Notes: generated by a model from the letters alone, not told the origin. 38,973 bases of DNA from a virus (IMGVR_UViG_3300027586_000017:1-38973), one strand, 5' to 3'. Positions 10,668-21,234 are shown, numbered from the stretch's first letter. A program made the numbers and translations.

Positions 10668-11414
10668 TTACAAATCTTCTATCTTATATCTATTGCCGTT
10701 CATGTCAAGTTTATATCCTTCTTTTATAATTTCTTGCCATTCTTCTTTTTCAATTTTTTGTGCATCTCTAATTTTTTTCATTTCTTCTGCCCAAGCATCT
10801 CTTAATTCTTGTGGGTATGCATCTTCTTCTCTGTCATCCCAGAAAGAACCAATAGTATATCTAACGCCATTGGTAATGAGAGTTACTTCATGCATATTGT
10901 TAAATCCCCCGTCAAATGCAGCAAGCATTCCAACTTTAGGCTTTAAACTTATTTTTTGGTCTGGAAATTTCAACATTCCACCTTCAAAGTCATCATTTAA
11001 ATATAGAAAGGCTGCGTATCTACTTCTTGTAAAAGCACCAGAGTGACCATGTTCGTCTGTGTTGTCGGAATGCTTTCTTGCATATGCTCCTGGCTCCCAC
11101 TTTTGTGTGTGATATCCAATTTGAGAAATTATTTTTGGGTCAAGATCATGAACACTTGCAACAGCATCAATAATTCCTTTTTTCATTTGTGAAAATATAT
11201 CGCTTGGCAAGCCTTCGCTAATAACATGCTCATCATTATCTTCTGGCAATACTGAAGAATAAGACTCATAAAAAGATATTGGCATCCAGGATATTGTTCC
11301 AACTTCTACATGCTTATCTAAAACTTTTACAAGTTTTGCAGCAGTTTCTGCATCAATAAAGTTTTCATAAACAACAATATCTTTTGTTATTCTATTTTTA
11401 TTATTTAGATTCAT
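10668..11414 (-). CDS. 2OG-Fe(II) oxygenase, prolyl-4-hydroxylase-like
   Basis: HSD...YLNDDFEGG...MHEV...RY. Confidence 0.88.
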   Translation of the reverse strand: MNLNNKNRITKDIVVYENFIDAETAAKLVKVLDKHVEVGTISWMPISFYESYSSVLPEDNDEHVISEGLPSDIFSQMKKGIIDAVASVHDLDPKIISQIGYHTQKWEPGAYARKHSDNTDEHGHSGAFTRSRYAAFLYLNDDFEGGMLKFPDQKISLKPKVGMLAAFDGGFNNMHEVTLITNGVRYTIGSFWDDREEDAYPQELRDAWAEEMKKIRDAQKIEKEEWQEIIKEGYKLDMNGNRYKIEDL

Positions 11415-11415
11415 T

Positions 11416-12081
11416 TTATGGTTGCCTACTTCCAGTATGTTTTTGAATTGTCCAAAAGAATGGAATTACATATCTAATACCACTAGTAATTTCACGAACT
11501 CCATGAACATAGTTTAAGTCGCCTGGGAAAAAATATGCTGCTCCTGGCTTTGGCTTAAACTCAATTCCTTGATTTGGAAAATATAATTCTCCACCTTCAT
11601 AATCATCATTAAGATAAAACAATCCTGCTAGATCAAACCAAGGAAAATCATTTGGTTCTCCATTAGACAGTTGTTTATCAGCATGTGGCATCTGCAGTTG
11701 TCCTGGAAGCCATCTTACAATTGCTGGACTTGTTTCTTTAGCATCTACTTCAAAATAAGTATCTACATCTTTTTTAAATCTTTTAACCATATTTGCAATA
11801 ATAATAGATATTTTAGGATCTAATTTATTTAAAGTTGGAGCAGTTGCTACCCTATCTTTCCAATAATCTGAGTCGTATGTAACAACCCCGTCTTCATTGT
11901 AGTGTGTTTCAGTTACATCCCAGATTGTTATTTTTTTTGCAGCATCCAATAAAAACTCATGTTCTTCTTTTGTCATGAAGTTTTCTCTAGCCTGAATGTG
12001 CTTTGCGTCTGATCCAAAAAACCCAGGTGGTGTTATAGAACCAAACTTAACCATATTTTTATTTTGAATTTCTTCTGTCAT
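11416..12081 (-). CDS. 2OG-Fe(II) oxygenase, prolyl-4-hydroxylase-like
   Basis: HAD...YLNDDYEGGELYFP...VHGV...RY. Start moved to ATG 12081 (MTEEIQ), 6 nt after TGGTATAAT; this removes the overlap with the upstream gene. Confidence 0.88.
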   Translation of the reverse strand: MTEEIQNKNMVKFGSITPPGFFGSDAKHIQARENFMTKEEHEFLLDAAKKITIWDVTETHYNEDGVVTYDSDYWKDRVATAPTLNKLDPKISIIIANMVKRFKKDVDTYFEVDAKETSPAIVRWLPGQLQMPHADKQLSNGEPNDFPWFDLAGLFYLNDDYEGGELYFPNQGIEFKPKPGAAYFFPGDLNYVHGVREITSGIRYVIPFFWTIQKHTGSRQP

Positions 12082-12100
12082 GTTTTTATTATACCATTTC

Positions 12101-12826
12101 TCATTCGTATAGCCTTCTTGTCCAAACTTCTTTTTTATAAACCCCGCCATTTGGAATACGATATTTTTTACTATTATCTATATTATTTTTTGTCATTTCT
12201 GAGACAGTTGGAATACTTATTTCAGATTTCCAGTTTTCTCTTAGAAATGGAAGAAGTTGAGCATATGGCGTTCCTGCTGGAAGTATTCCAGTCCACCCAT
12301 GTCTTATAAAAAATGGAAAAGATCCAGGTAATTTTACTTTATCATTATCAATGATTCCCGATACAGTCATAAACGGAAGATCATACCTATTAAATGGAGA
12401 TACATATAATACGCTATATCCATCTGGAACGCTCACTGCCCAATCAGGCATCCAGGCAAAATGGTACTCATAATATCCTTCTGGGTGATAAAATTGTGCC
12501 ATGGGTGTTCGTCTTGTAACAAAATCTTTATACAATGGATCTTTAATGTTTAGATCAATTTGACCAGCACTATCTAAAAAAAACTCTATATCGCATGGAG
12601 TTAAAAGATTATATCCAGTTGTTAGAATATCAAGAATTGCTGGACAAGCCTTCCATGTAGGAATTTTGCCACTATCTGGACCAACCCAATACTGTCCATC
12701 TGGCATTTTTGCAAATCTATCAGCATCGCTATACCATTCTGGAATTGTCTTTGAAACAGGTTCTGGCTTTGACTTGCTTTCTTTTGTTAGCCAAGGTCTA
12801 TTACTTATAAATTTAATTACTTTCAT
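12101..12826 (-). CDS. Uncharacterised DUF6065-like protein
   Basis: KACPAILD..TGY...PCD, ...SGIIDND, GTPYAQLLPF.RE.W. Paralogous to 12823..13536 and 28368..29072. Confidence 0.55.
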   Translation of the reverse strand: MKVIKFISNRPWLTKESKSKPEPVSKTIPEWYSDADRFAKMPDGQYWVGPDSGKIPTWKACPAILDILTTGYNLLTPCDIEFFLDSAGQIDLNIKDPLYKDFVTRRTPMAQFYHPEGYYEYHFAWMPDWAVSVPDGYSVLYVSPFNRYDLPFMTVSGIIDNDKVKLPGSFPFFIRHGWTGILPAGTPYAQLLPFLRENWKSEISIPTVSEMTKNNIDNSKKYRIPNGGVYKKEVWTRRLYE

Positions 12827-13536
12827 TTTATTTTACCCGTATTGTCAATTACGCTAAGTTTTAAATTTTTTACTTCATGAGATCCGACAGACTCCCCTTT
12901 TTCATTTACTGCATTTCTATACCAGTCAGTCCATTCTCCAGATTGATTAATCTTTTGTGCTGCTTCACCATATGACTTCAACTTTTTAAAATATTCTTGT
13001 GTGGATTCAAAGTTAAACATCTCCACAGATTCATTTTGTAAAGAGGTTAGAGATATCGGTATTATTGTTGCTATTGGAGTTCCTGATTTAATAATTATTT
13101 CTTTATTTGCCGTTTTGCATTTAATTGCTAGTGGAAAGTCTGTATCTAAAAAAGATGTTGAAATTAAAGAAGATACCACTTCTATGTCAGGGTTAAAATA
13201 GTTTTGTGGATTAATTGTAAAAACGCTCATATTGTTTTCTGTTCTTAACATAAACCTTGTATTAAAACTAACAGTAGATTGGCCTCTTCCAGTTTGAGTA
13301 AATTGTTCACCTTCTAATATCGTTACATTATTTGCACTTGTATCATTTATACCGTTCCAAATAAACCTTACATCTACTGGACAAGATATGTTCCAGCCAA
13401 TAACATTGGCAGAGGTTACTGGATGGCATCTATATGCATGTCCTTGTGGAGTTTCATCCATCCAGTCTCTTTTAATAGACATTGGAGTAATATTTAGTGT
13501 TATTTGTGTTTTTTTATAACACTTTATAACTGACAT
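12823..13536 (-). CDS. Uncharacterised DUF6065-like protein
   Basis: KRDWMD...HAYRCHPV..AN..GW...CP and GTPIATIIPI; ATGA overlap with the downstream gene. Confidence 0.6.
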   Translation of the reverse strand: MSVIKCYKKTQITLNITPMSIKRDWMDETPQGHAYRCHPVTSANVIGWNISCPVDVRFIWNGINDTSANNVTILEGEQFTQTGRGQSTVSFNTRFMLRTENNMSVFTINPQNYFNPDIEVVSSLISTSFLDTDFPLAIKCKTANKEIIIKSGTPIATIIPISLTSLQNESVEMFNFESTQEYFKKLKSYGEAAQKINQSGEWTDWYRNAVNEKGESVGSHEVKNLKLSVIDNTGKIK

Positions 13537-14204
13537 TAAGATCCAGTTTCTTTATACATTTCAGGAGTATGAAACTTTTCACTATAGTCAAGCATTGTAA
13601 CTAATGAATATTTTGTTCCAGAATGAACAACCTTTGCTTGGTGAGGATACATAAAATTAGAAGGAAATAAAACAACATCTCCTGCTTTTGGAATATAGTT
13701 TATTCCTTGCAGTCTAAAGAAAAGTTCTCCACCTTCAAAATCATCATTTAAATATGCAACAAGTGAAACAGTACAGTTATATGAAAACCCATGGTCATGA
13801 TGTTCCATAAAGTGGTGTCCTTTTTCATATTTAATAAAGTTGAATGCTTCCCAATATTTTAAACCATTTATATTAAATTTGTGACAATAATCCTGTACCG
13901 CTAAACTTTGTCTATCAAAACAATCTTGCCAAATCTCTTGAAGTTTTATAGATTCTTCAGACTTATCATATTGCATATCTGTTTTTTTAAATTTAAAGTC
14001 AACGCAGTCTCTGTATTCTGGCATTCTTTGTCTATACCCAACAAAGGCTTCTTGCCAAGCGTACTTTGCATTGTTACTTAAAACTGATTCAAGTCTATTT
14101 ATAAGGTCTAGTTCTTTTGGCAAAACATCATGATAAACAAATATCCCTGGAGATATTTCTTCATAACTGCTCCAAGGCTGTTTTGCATTATTTTCTGTAT
14201 TCAA
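13536..14204 (-). CDS. 2OG-Fe(II) oxygenase, prolyl-4-hydroxylase-like
   Basis: HHD...YLNDDFEGGELFF...FPSNFMYPHQA...KY; TTG start after an AGGGG SD. Confidence 0.88.
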   Translation of the reverse strand: MNTENNAKQPWSSYEEISPGIFVYHDVLPKELDLINRLESVLSNNAKYAWQEAFVGYRQRMPEYRDCVDFKFKKTDMQYDKSEESIKLQEIWQDCFDRQSLAVQDYCHKFNINGLKYWEAFNFIKYEKGHHFMEHHDHGFSYNCTVSLVAYLNDDFEGGELFFRLQGINYIPKAGDVVLFPSNFMYPHQAKVVHSGTKYSLVTMLDYSEKFHTPEMYKETGS

Positions 14205-14236
14205 TTTAATCCCCTTTTATTTTTATTATACATGAT

Positions 14237-14944
14237 TTATTTTCCTGAATGACCTAAAAGATTTATGTCTGACATAATAACTACACAATATTTAATTCCA
14301 GATTTCATTGGCAATGATGCGTGTTCATATATATAGTTAGATGGAAATATTGCAATATCTCCTGCTTTGGGAGCGTATGTAAGTTTATCAAGTCTTGGAA
14401 AATATAATTCTCCACCCTTATAATCATCATTAAGGTAGACAACTATTGAAACTGTAGTATTGTAGTGTGGTCCATGGTCTGCATGTATTTTAAACTCTTG
14501 GCCTTCGCCTTCGTACTTTACAAAATTAAATGCTTCATAATAAACAACACCAATTCCCCAATAAGATGCATAGTCATCAACACACTTTTTTACAATGTTA
14601 TATGTTTTATCATAAACATCAAATAAATCTTTGTTTGAGTCATTTTTTGAACCTAATGTTCTATCGCTAAACTTAAAATCTGAACAGTCTCTTGCAGCCT
14701 TAATTGGTTGATTAGAATTTGTTACCTGTGCTTCCTTCCATGAATACTCTGCCCCGTTAGAAAGATTATTTTCAAGAGTATCAATAATCCAAGAGATATC
14801 CTCTTTATTTATAGCATTTTTATAAATATTTAACCCAAGTGCTGGGTTGGACACATCTATGTCATTGAATACTCTATCTATTCTTTTTGATATAGACTCG
14901 GATCTGTCTTTTGTAAACCAAGGATTTTCTTCTGCATTATACAT
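14237..14944 (-). CDS. 2OG-Fe(II) oxygenase, prolyl-4-hydroxylase-like
   Basis: HAD...YLNDDYKGGELYFP...FPSNYIYEHAS...KY; close paralog of 13536..14204. Confidence 0.88.
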   Translation of the reverse strand: MYNAEENPWFTKDRSESISKRIDRVFNDIDVSNPALGLNIYKNAINKEDISWIIDTLENNLSNGAEYSWKEAQVTNSNQPIKAARDCSDFKFSDRTLGSKNDSNKDLFDVYDKTYNIVKKCVDDYASYWGIGVVYYEAFNFVKYEGEGQEFKIHADHGPHYNTTVSIVVYLNDDYKGGELYFPRLDKLTYAPKAGDIAIFPSNYIYEHASLPMKSGIKYCVVIMSDINLLGHSGK

Positions 14945-14975
14945 ATAGCCCCCATTCTATATTTATTATACCATC

Positions 14976-15236
14976 TTACCATTTACCTATAGGACAAGAA
15001 GCCTTTTTTATTCTAACCTTACCCGCCATAAAGCATCCACATTTTTTACACTGCTCTGTATGCTTTGTTAATTCAGGACAAGACCTGCATATTTCAAGCC
15101 TTCTTGAGGCTTCTTCTTCAGAAGACTTTTCTACATTTGGATTTATTAAGTCCCATGGTCTTGCATCGCCTAGATTTTTTTTATATTCTTCAATATTCTC
15201 TTTGTATTTTTGCCATGGTGATTTATCTTCACTCAC
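14976..15236 (-). CDS. Small Cys-rich metal-binding protein (DUF6171-like)
   Basis: RLEICRSC...QCKKCGCFM..K.....CPIGKW; paralog at 29065..29277. Confidence 0.65.
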   Translation of the reverse strand: MSEDKSPWQKYKENIEEYKKNLGDARPWDLINPNVEKSSEEEASRRLEICRSCPELTKHTEQCKKCGCFMAGKVRIKKASCPIGKW

Positions 15237-15263
15237 TTTAAAGCATCCCCCATTTTTTATTTA

Positions 15264-15638
15264 TTAAAAATAAATACTTTCAACATCCTCTAAAACTTCA
15301 AATCTTGGATTACTTTGATATGCTGATATAAACATTGGGCTTTCTAAAGTATCAAAACCTTCAGTAGCAACATAAATACCGTTAACAACAAATGCAAAAG
15401 TAGTTGAATTAGATAGACCTGGATTAGTTATAAATTTAAGTTCTTCTGTTTCAATAAAAACATTATTTTCAAAAGCCATACCTTCAACTGGATAATTTTC
15501 CATATTTGTTATATCAACAATTGTCGAATTGTTCTTAGCAGCATGAATTATTTTTTCGTAAAATAAAACTCCATTGTTTGGAAATGTAACAGTAGTAACT
15601 TTTTCATCTTCAACATATATTGTTATAGAAGTAGCCAT
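15264..15638 (-). CDS. Hypothetical protein
   Basis: 124-aa ORF with an AGGAG SD and its own TGATATACT promoter. Confidence 0.75.
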   Translation of the reverse strand: MATSITIYVEDEKVTTVTFPNNGVLFYEKIIHAAKNNSTIVDITNMENYPVEGMAFENNVFIETEELKFITNPGLSNSTTFAFVVNGIYVATEGFDTLESPMFISAYQSNPRFEVLEDVESIYF

Positions 15639-15650
15639 TTATTTTTCTCC

Positions 15651-15820
15651 TTTATTAAAGTATATCATAATTATTCACAACCAAATTCTGCTAATATAAC
15701 TGTGCTACAGCCCTGGCCCACTGGATTACCACTACATGGATCCCATCTACGGCCTCTGATATGTGGATAATCACAGTAGGTAGAGTAAACCGCACATCCG
15801 CAAGCAACGAAATTAGGGAA
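15651..15820. repeat. 170-bp direct repeat, copy 1 (copy 2 at 23337..23506)
   Basis: Direct comparison shows one mismatch (15690 G vs 23376 T). The repeat covers the Cys-rich tip, the stop codon and the downstream -10 element. Confidence 0.95.
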
Positions 15821-16465
15821 GTATGGAGGGAAGAACGGTGGGAAGAATGGGAAGAACGGTGGGAAAAATGGAGGGAAGAATGGTGATAAAGTAGTAATAG
15901 ACCCAGATGCAGCAGAGGCAGCCGATGTTCCATTTGCATTTGTTGCCGTAATTGTATAAGTTTGAGAAGTTCCACCAGTATCAGCAATAGTAATTGGAGA
16001 AGTAGCACCTGTTCCAGTAGTAGCATCACTGCCAGTAACTGTAAATGATGTAATTGCAGATCCACCAGTTGCTGGGGCGGTAAAAGCAATAGAGTTTGAA
16101 TTAACACCAGCAGTTGGTGTTGGTGCGGACATTGTTTCTGGAACCGTAGTAGCAGTAATAGAATTAGAAGCAGCAGATGCTAAACCAGTTCCAGATGCAT
16201 TTGTTCCAGTTACTGTAAATGTATAAGCAGTATTAGACTGTAATCCTGTTACTGTAATTGGTGAAGATGCTCCACTTCCTGTATATCCACCTGGACTAGA
16301 TGTTGCAGTAAATGATGTTGCTGCTGCTCCAGATCCAGCAGTAAATGTTACTGTTGCAGAACCGTTGTTAAATGCTCGTCCTGTTCCAACATTTGTTGCT
16401 GTTCCAATAGTTGGTGCTCCAGGAGCGCCTTTTGCAGATGATGATACAACCCCAAGTATTCTCAT
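15671..16465 (-). CDS. Fibronectin type III virion protein with a (PFFP)n linker and a Cys-rich C-terminus (copy 1)
   Basis: Two FN3-like units (PGAPTIGTAT...ITVTGLQSNTAYTFTVTGTN), then PFFPPFFPPFFPFFPPFFPPYFP and a tip with 6 Cys. Start ATG 16465 overlaps the upstream stop (TAATG). Confidence 0.75.
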   Translation of the reverse strand: MRILGVVSSSAKGAPGAPTIGTATNVGTGRAFNNGSATVTFTAGSGAAATSFTATSSPGGYTGSGASSPITVTGLQSNTAYTFTVTGTNASGTGLASAASNSITATTVPETMSAPTPTAGVNSNSIAFTAPATGGSAITSFTVTGSDATTGTGATSPITIADTGGTSQTYTITATNANGTSAASAASGSITTLSPFFPPFFPPFFPFFPPFFPPYFPNFVACGCAVYSTYCDYPHIRGRRWDPCSGNPVGQGCSTVILAEFGCE

Positions 16466-18105
16466 TATGAAAGATCTCCCATTGCGTACCAAGTATTTGC
16501 TGCTGTTTTTACACATGTAATAGCAGAGTTTTGTACTCTACACTTTGGTGAAGCAGGAGTTGCTCCAGTTGATGTAAGAGTGGTAGTTCCAGATGATGCT
16601 GCTTGAATTGTTAACTGACCAGAGCCAGTTTGAAGGATAGTAATTAAAGTTCCAACTGCAAAGTTATGAGTTGCATCTGTTGGTATGTTTACTGTTCCTG
16701 CTGTTGTTGAGTTAGAAGCAAGAAGCAATTTACCAGCATCTCCAGCAACTAGTGTATAAGCATTAGAAGTGAAAGATGGAGTTGCCTGAGCCTGTGTAAT
16801 AATAGGTGTAGCAAGTGTTGGGCTTGTAGAAAATACAAGAGATCCAGTTCCAGTTTCATCTGTTATTGCTGATATAAGGTTTGCAGATGATGGTGTTGCT
16901 AAAAATGTTGCTACTCCTGTACCAAAACCTGAAATACCAGTTGCTAGTGGAAGATCGGTTGCATTTGTAAGATTTCCTGAAGCAGGTGTACCAAGTACTG
17001 GAGTTGTAAGTGTTGGGCTAGTAAGAGTTTTATTTGTTAATGTTTCTGTAGCATCTTTTAACAATGTACCGTTTAGGTAAAGGGCTTTTCCAGAAGCAAG
17101 ATTAATGTGTTCTGATGAAGTCCAAGCATCTGTAGCGTCTACCCAGTTAAATGTCTTATCTGTTGCGCCCTTTAATGTGATACCGCCACCATCAGCAGTT
17201 ACATCTGAAGGAGTTGCTACATCTCCAAGAGTAATATTCTTATCATCTACTACAAGGGTAGTTGACTCAATAGTTGTGGTAGTTCCTTGAATTGTTAAGT
17301 CACCAGTAAGTGTTAGTGATGTACCAGATGCTACGCCAATGTTTGGTGTTACCAATGTTGGTGATGTTGCAAATACTAAAGCACCAGAACCTGTTTCACC
17401 AGTAACTGCTGCTGCTAAGTTTGAAGAAGAAGGTGTTGCTAAGAAAGTTGCAACTCCTGTTCCAAGTCCATCTACGCCAGTTGATATTGGTAGTCCTGTC
17501 GCATTTGTAAGAACACCAGAAGCAGGTGTACCAAGTGCGGGGGTAGTCAATGTTGGTGAAGTTAAAGTTTTATTTGTTAAAGTTTCTGTTCCTGCGAGAG
17601 AGGCTACGTCAGCATCAGATACTGCAGTATTTAACTGAGCAAGTGTTGAAGTAACTGTATTTGAACCAAGTGAGATTGACTTGTTTGTAAAAGTCTGAGT
17701 TGCATCAAGGATTGCTACTGTTCCAGTTGCATCAGGGAATGTTATAGTCCGATCAGCGGTTGGGTCTACGACAGTTAGGGTTGTTTCATTTGTGTTATCT
17801 GTTGCACCTTCAACAATAATAGATGTTCCAGGGACTACTACATTTTTGTCTGCATCTAGTGCTGCAACACCGCTGGCTAAGCCCTTTTGTGTTAGTGGAA
17901 CATAGTCATCGATGTTTCCACCAGTATCGGCAACGTCAAAGAAGTATTCCAAGTCATCCCAATAATTTACTCCATCACCAATTTTAAACTTATTTGTGTC
18001 TGACTCCCAGCCGATTTCTCCAGCATTTAGGATTGGACCATTGCCTGAGTTAGAAGATACCCATTGTGCTGCGGTACCTCTACGCTGTTGCATTCTTGTT
18101 GCCAT
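16465..18105 (-). CDS. Tail fibre protein with an Mtd_N-like N-terminal domain
   Basis: N-terminus [11 protein letters not shown]...[22 protein letters not shown]; Thr/Ala-rich shaft repeats; C-terminal ...NTWYAMGDL domain. Confidence 0.75.
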   Translation of the reverse strand: MATRMQQRRGTAAQWVSSNSGNGPILNAGEIGWESDTNKFKIGDGVNYWDDLEYFFDVADTGGNIDDYVPLTQKGLASGVAALDADKNVVVPGTSIIVEGATDNTNETTLTVVDPTADRTITFPDATGTVAILDATQTFTNKSISLGSNTVTSTLAQLNTAVSDADVASLAGTETLTNKTLTSPTLTTPALGTPASGVLTNATGLPISTGVDGLGTGVATFLATPSSSNLAAAVTGETGSGALVFATSPTLVTPNIGVASGTSLTLTGDLTIQGTTTTIESTTLVVDDKNITLGDVATPSDVTADGGGITLKGATDKTFNWVDATDAWTSSEHINLASGKALYLNGTLLKDATETLTNKTLTSPTLTTPVLGTPASGNLTNATDLPLATGISGFGTGVATFLATPSSANLISAITDETGTGSLVFSTSPTLATPIITQAQATPSFTSNAYTLVAGDAGKLLLASNSTTAGTVNIPTDATHNFAVGTLITILQTGSGQLTIQAASSGTTTLTSTGATPASPKCRVQNSAITCVKTAANTWYAMGDLS

Positions 18106-19230
18106 TATTTACTCCTCCATTGGTGTATAGTCATATTATATCAGATTTTAATTGTATACTTCTGTTGCAATTCCGCCATCATATGTGACAGACCAACTGT
18201 TAGTATTATAGAAACCAGCATCTTCTTCAGCACCAGCCTCATTGTAAAACCCTGCATCTTTAAAAGTTGAAACAATTAAGCCAGTTCCACCAATTGCTGT
18301 ATCGTGGATGTGTTGCGCTAGGTCAATTGTGTCATCTAGTAGTGCAAGGGTATTCCATTGACCGCTGTAATAAAACAAAAGTCTATTTTCAGCAGTATCA
18401 ATAAAAAGTTCACCATTTGTTGAAGATCCAGCAACTGGTGGTGTACTACCTTGGGCAACAACAACTTCTCTACTATCTACATAGAGTTTTGTTGCTGCGT
18501 GTGTATTTTCGGTTGGGGTGGCAACTGTGACAGGTGATCCAAAAGTACCGCCTTCGGCTACATTTAGCCCATGCTTTACTCTGAAGTCTTTATTTACAGT
18601 TGCCATTCCCAGCCTCTATTCTATTAGTTATGCTTCAATATAAATCTTGTGAACTTTAACAGAAGTATCTGCTGCTGCTCCAGTTACCTGAAGAAGAACA
18701 TTTCCTGCAGAATAAACTGCATTTGTTGTTCCTAGTTCAGCGTTGCTAATTACGTCAGCGTACTCTGTTACGTAAACATCGTTAGTTCCATTAACTGCAA
18801 CAAGCATTTCAATTACTTCAATGTCATTACCCTTTTTCATTTGGACAATGTACTTAGCAGCAGAATATGTTGTTGCTGACCATGTATCAATTGTGGTTGC
18901 TGATGTTGATGCAGTTGCTAGAGCAGAACCAACAAGGGCATCTGCAAAAGCAATGCTTGTCGCTGCTGCTGCACCAAGAGTTGGTGTAACAAAAGTTGGG
19001 CTAGTAGTAAATGCTACTGTTCCAGATCCCGCTTCATCAGTTAGTGCTGCTGCAAGGTTTGAAGAAGATGGTGTAGCAAGGAATGTTGCTACGCCAGTTC
19101 CAAGACCTGAGATACCAGTTGCTACTGGAAGACCAGTGGCATTTGTAAGTGTTCCTGCTGATGGAGTTCCAAGATCAGGAGTTGTTAGTGTTGGTGATGT
19201 CAGTGTCTTATTTGTAAGAGTTTGTGTACC
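16815..19230 (-). repeat. Shared ~80-aa fibre shaft module ([27 protein letters not shown]...[15 protein letters not shown])
   Basis: Two copies in 16465..18105 (~16815-17050 and ~17345-17590) and one in 18628..20757 (~18980-19230). A partial [10 protein letters not shown] occurs in 23893..24729. Confidence 0.85.
18148..18606 (-). CDS. Short fibre-associated virion protein
   Basis: N-terminus MATVNKDFRVKHGL is paralogous to MATVTKDFRVKAGL of the adjacent fibre; contains an HAATKLYVD fibre motif. Confidence 0.65.
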   Translation of the reverse strand: MATVNKDFRVKHGLNVAEGGTFGSPVTVATPTENTHAATKLYVDSREVVVAQGSTPPVAGSSTNGELFIDTAENRLLFYYSGQWNTLALLDDTIDLAQHIHDTAIGGTGLIVSTFKDAGFYNEAGAEEDAGFYNTNSWSVTYDGGIATEVYN

Positions 19231-20757
19231 TGTTAGTGTTACTACTGTTGAATCAATATCAAGAGTGTTTCCAGTCTTGTCTAATCCTGTACCCGCAACA
19301 ATTTGTCCAAGACCAGTAAACTGTGTGAAGACAAGTGCTGTAGTACCAACTGTAACTGAACCATTATTTGTTAGTGTAAATCCTGAGTCAGAGTTTACTG
19401 TTCCTTGCTCTACGAATACCGCAAAGTTTGCAGTAACTTCTGCACCTGCATCTGCATCAGTTGAACGATCTGGAGCACCAGATATTTTAACGACGTAGAT
19501 ACCGTTTTCTGAACCAGTTGACTGATCCTTAACAAGAACACGATCTCCAGTAGCAAGAGTTACGCCATCAAGGACATCTCCATTTTCAAGATCAGATGCT
19601 AGTGTTACGTTTGCAGTTGTTGCTGCACGAACTGATGCCTTCCAGTCAATACCTTGAACTGTTGTATCTACATAGTTCTTTGTTGCTGCATCTTGTGCAG
19701 ATGTTGGATCTCCAAGACCTGTAATCTTAGATGTACCCATTGCGATTGCACCAGACATTGTTCCACCAGCAAGTGCTAGTTTGTCACCAAGTGATGTTGT
19801 AAGGCCTGAAATCTTTGACTGAGCAATTTCTGCTGTTGCGCTAATATCTTCATTAACAATTGTTCCGTTTGCAATCTTTGCAGATGTTACTGCAGAGTCT
19901 GCAATCTTGGCTTCTGTTACTGCGCTATTCACAATCTTTGCTGTTTCTACTGCATCTGAAGCAAGTTTAGCAGCAGTTACGTTTGCATCTTTAATCTTTA
20001 ATGTTTCAACTGCATCTGTAGCAAGTTTTACTGCAGTTACAGCACTTGCAGCAATCTCTGCTGTGTCTACTGCTGAATCTGCAATCTTAGCGTTTGTAAC
20101 TGAGTTTGCAGCAAGTTTTGCATCTGTTACGTTTGCATCAAGAATCTTTACAGTTGTTACTGCGTCTGAAGCAATCTTTGCTGCTGTAACATTTGAATCA
20201 AGAATCTTTGCAGTTGTTACTGCATCTGCAGCAAGTTTATCAGCAGTTACATTTGCATCTGTAATTTTTGCTGTAGTTACTGCACCTGCAGCAAGTTTTC
20301 CTGTAGTTACGTTTAAATCTGTAATTTTTACGGTAGTTACTGAATCTGAAGCAAGCATTGTTGCTGAAACTGTTCCAGTATCACCAGTTGTAACTACTGT
20401 ACCTGTTACATCTGGAAATGTTATTGTGCGGTCTGCTGTTGGATCTGTTACTGCAATAGTTGTTTCAAAGTCATCTGCTGTTGCACCTTCAAAAAGAATG
20501 CTTGAAGTAAATACACCAACTGCTGCTGGTGCTGCATACTTTAATCCTGTTGCTTCGCTTGAGTCTACTGTTAAAACGTGTCCGTTAGTTGCACCAACGG
20601 CTAATCTGATACCAGTGTTTGATCCTGTACCAACTACCAAGTCACCTTTTGCGTCAAAAATTTCTTTTGTAACTATATCATGGGTGTTAACAGTCGCAGT
20701 TGATCCCTCAACTACCAGTCCTGCTTTTACTCTAAAATCTTTTGTTACTGTTGCCAT
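18628..20757 (-). CDS. Long tail fibre protein with 10-aa tandem repeats
   Basis: Run of ~18 decamers such as AVTTAKITDA and NVTAAKIASD; also DAATKNYVD and GDRVLVKDQ...ENGIY fibre motifs. Confidence 0.8.
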   Translation of the reverse strand: MATVTKDFRVKAGLVVEGSTATVNTHDIVTKEIFDAKGDLVVGTGSNTGIRLAVGATNGHVLTVDSSEATGLKYAAPAAVGVFTSSILFEGATADDFETTIAVTDPTADRTITFPDVTGTVVTTGDTGTVSATMLASDSVTTVKITDLNVTTGKLAAGAVTTAKITDANVTADKLAADAVTTAKILDSNVTAAKIASDAVTTVKILDANVTDAKLAANSVTNAKIADSAVDTAEIAASAVTAVKLATDAVETLKIKDANVTAAKLASDAVETAKIVNSAVTEAKIADSAVTSAKIANGTIVNEDISATAEIAQSKISGLTTSLGDKLALAGGTMSGAIAMGTSKITGLGDPTSAQDAATKNYVDTTVQGIDWKASVRAATTANVTLASDLENGDVLDGVTLATGDRVLVKDQSTGSENGIYVVKISGAPDRSTDADAGAEVTANFAVFVEQGTVNSDSGFTLTNNGSVTVGTTALVFTQFTGLGQIVAGTGLDKTGNTLDIDSTVVTLTGTQTLTNKTLTSPTLTTPDLGTPSAGTLTNATGLPVATGISGLGTGVATFLATPSSSNLAAALTDEAGSGTVAFTTSPTFVTPTLGAAAATSIAFADALVGSALATASTSATTIDTWSATTYSAAKYIVQMKKGNDIEVIEMLVAVNGTNDVYVTEYADVISNAELGTTNAVYSAGNVLLQVTGAAADTSVKVHKIYIEA

Positions 20758-20772
20758 TTATTATCTCCTTGG

Positions 20773-21213
20773 TTAAGCCTTCAAACCAGTACGCATGTAG
20801 CGTAAGGTTATAGGGGTCTGCCCACCCACAGGAACTATAGTTAGTGAAACTGTCGTTCCTGCCATAGAGACGCTAACGGTGCCAATATTCCCATCATTGT
20901 CTACTGTTCCATATTCACTGACATTTACATTTGTAGAATCAGGAACTATGGTTAACTCTGTTGTGTAGTACTTGTTTGAACCAGTCTTGCTTAATGTGAC
21001 CACGTATTTAACGGATCTCCACTCTGTGGTATAAAAATTATCAAATATTGTGCTAGACTCAATGCCAGTAATTGTTACTTCATTGTTACCCGCAGAACCT
21101 AGGTCTGTTGCTTGTGCTGCAGAGGTATCAATTAAATCAACATAGTCTGCTTGAGTTGGTCTATCACCTGTCTGAAACAGGGCCTTTACGCTTGCAATTG
21201 ATATTTTCGCCAT
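20773..21213 (-). CDS. Virion structural protein
   Basis: FQTGDRPTQADYVDLID N-terminus. Its C-terminal domain (RSVKYVV...SEYG) resembles the tip of the long fibre. Leaderless start. Confidence 0.6.
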   Translation of the reverse strand: MAKISIASVKALFQTGDRPTQADYVDLIDTSAAQATDLGSAGNNEVTITGIESSTIFDNFYTTEWRSVKYVVTLSKTGSNKYYTTELTIVPDSTNVNVSEYGTVDNDGNIGTVSVSMAGTTVSLTIVPVGGQTPITLRYMRTGLKA

Positions 21214-21234
21214 GTCTGAATTATATCATAGATT

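Noticed and set aside
18821-20776. Long + strand ORFs 18821..19498 and 19907..20776, and similar antisense ORFs elsewhere
   Set aside because: They are shadows of repetitive Ala/Thr/Val-rich minus-strand genes and have no independent expression signals or motifs.
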